A stretch of DNA of 64,000 nucleotides, taken from Octopus vulgaris. Its lineage: Eukaryota. The notes below the pieces were generated by a model. That model had not been told where the DNA came from. It saw only the letters and a list, made by a program, of their open reading frames with translations, and ran no database searches. Of the stretch, positions 63,891-64,000 are shown one piece after another. Every line of letters begins with the position of its first letter. The stretch's first letter is position 1. The stretch is taken from the NCBI GenBank assembly GCA_951406725.2, contig OX597833.1, forward strand, positions 26,970,001 through 27,034,000, written 5' to 3'. Position numbers and translations under genes: made by a program.

Positions 63891-64000
63891 AGAATATGAC
63901 CAGCTTACAACAGACAAGGGACAGGTTGCTGCAGCAATAATTTTCTACAAATGCACACAGGCCATAGCTCTTCAAAACTGTAGACAATAATATCATTACC

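Overview
Repeat-saturated eukaryotic DNA, intergenic or intronic, with no recognisable host exon. The dense (TA)n/(TATG)n/(GATA)n/(CA)n/(AGT)n microsatellites and three abundant tRNA-derived SINE families suggest a coleoid cephalopod, probably Octopus (inference). Almost all ORFs in the track are microsatellite artefacts. The real coding remnants are all transposon-derived: a near full-length Naiad-type Penelope-like element (PLE; RT + GIY-YIG, minus strand, ~49.2-53.2 kb) with ~710-bp inverted pseudo-LTRs, several older PLE fragments, a decayed Helitron Pif1 helicase plus a related non-autonomous Helitron, mariner/Tc1 transposase relics, and R4/Dong- and RTE-type LINE relics. The most striking signal is a set of hammerhead-ribozyme (HHR) motifs, each with a different palindrome between GAAA and the TC/TA cleavage site. 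They lie in fold-back (inverted-repeat) elements mostly embedded in (TA)n tracts, and two carry unusually long (55 and 85 nt) stem II insertions. All coordinates were read by eye, so element ends may be off by a few bases.
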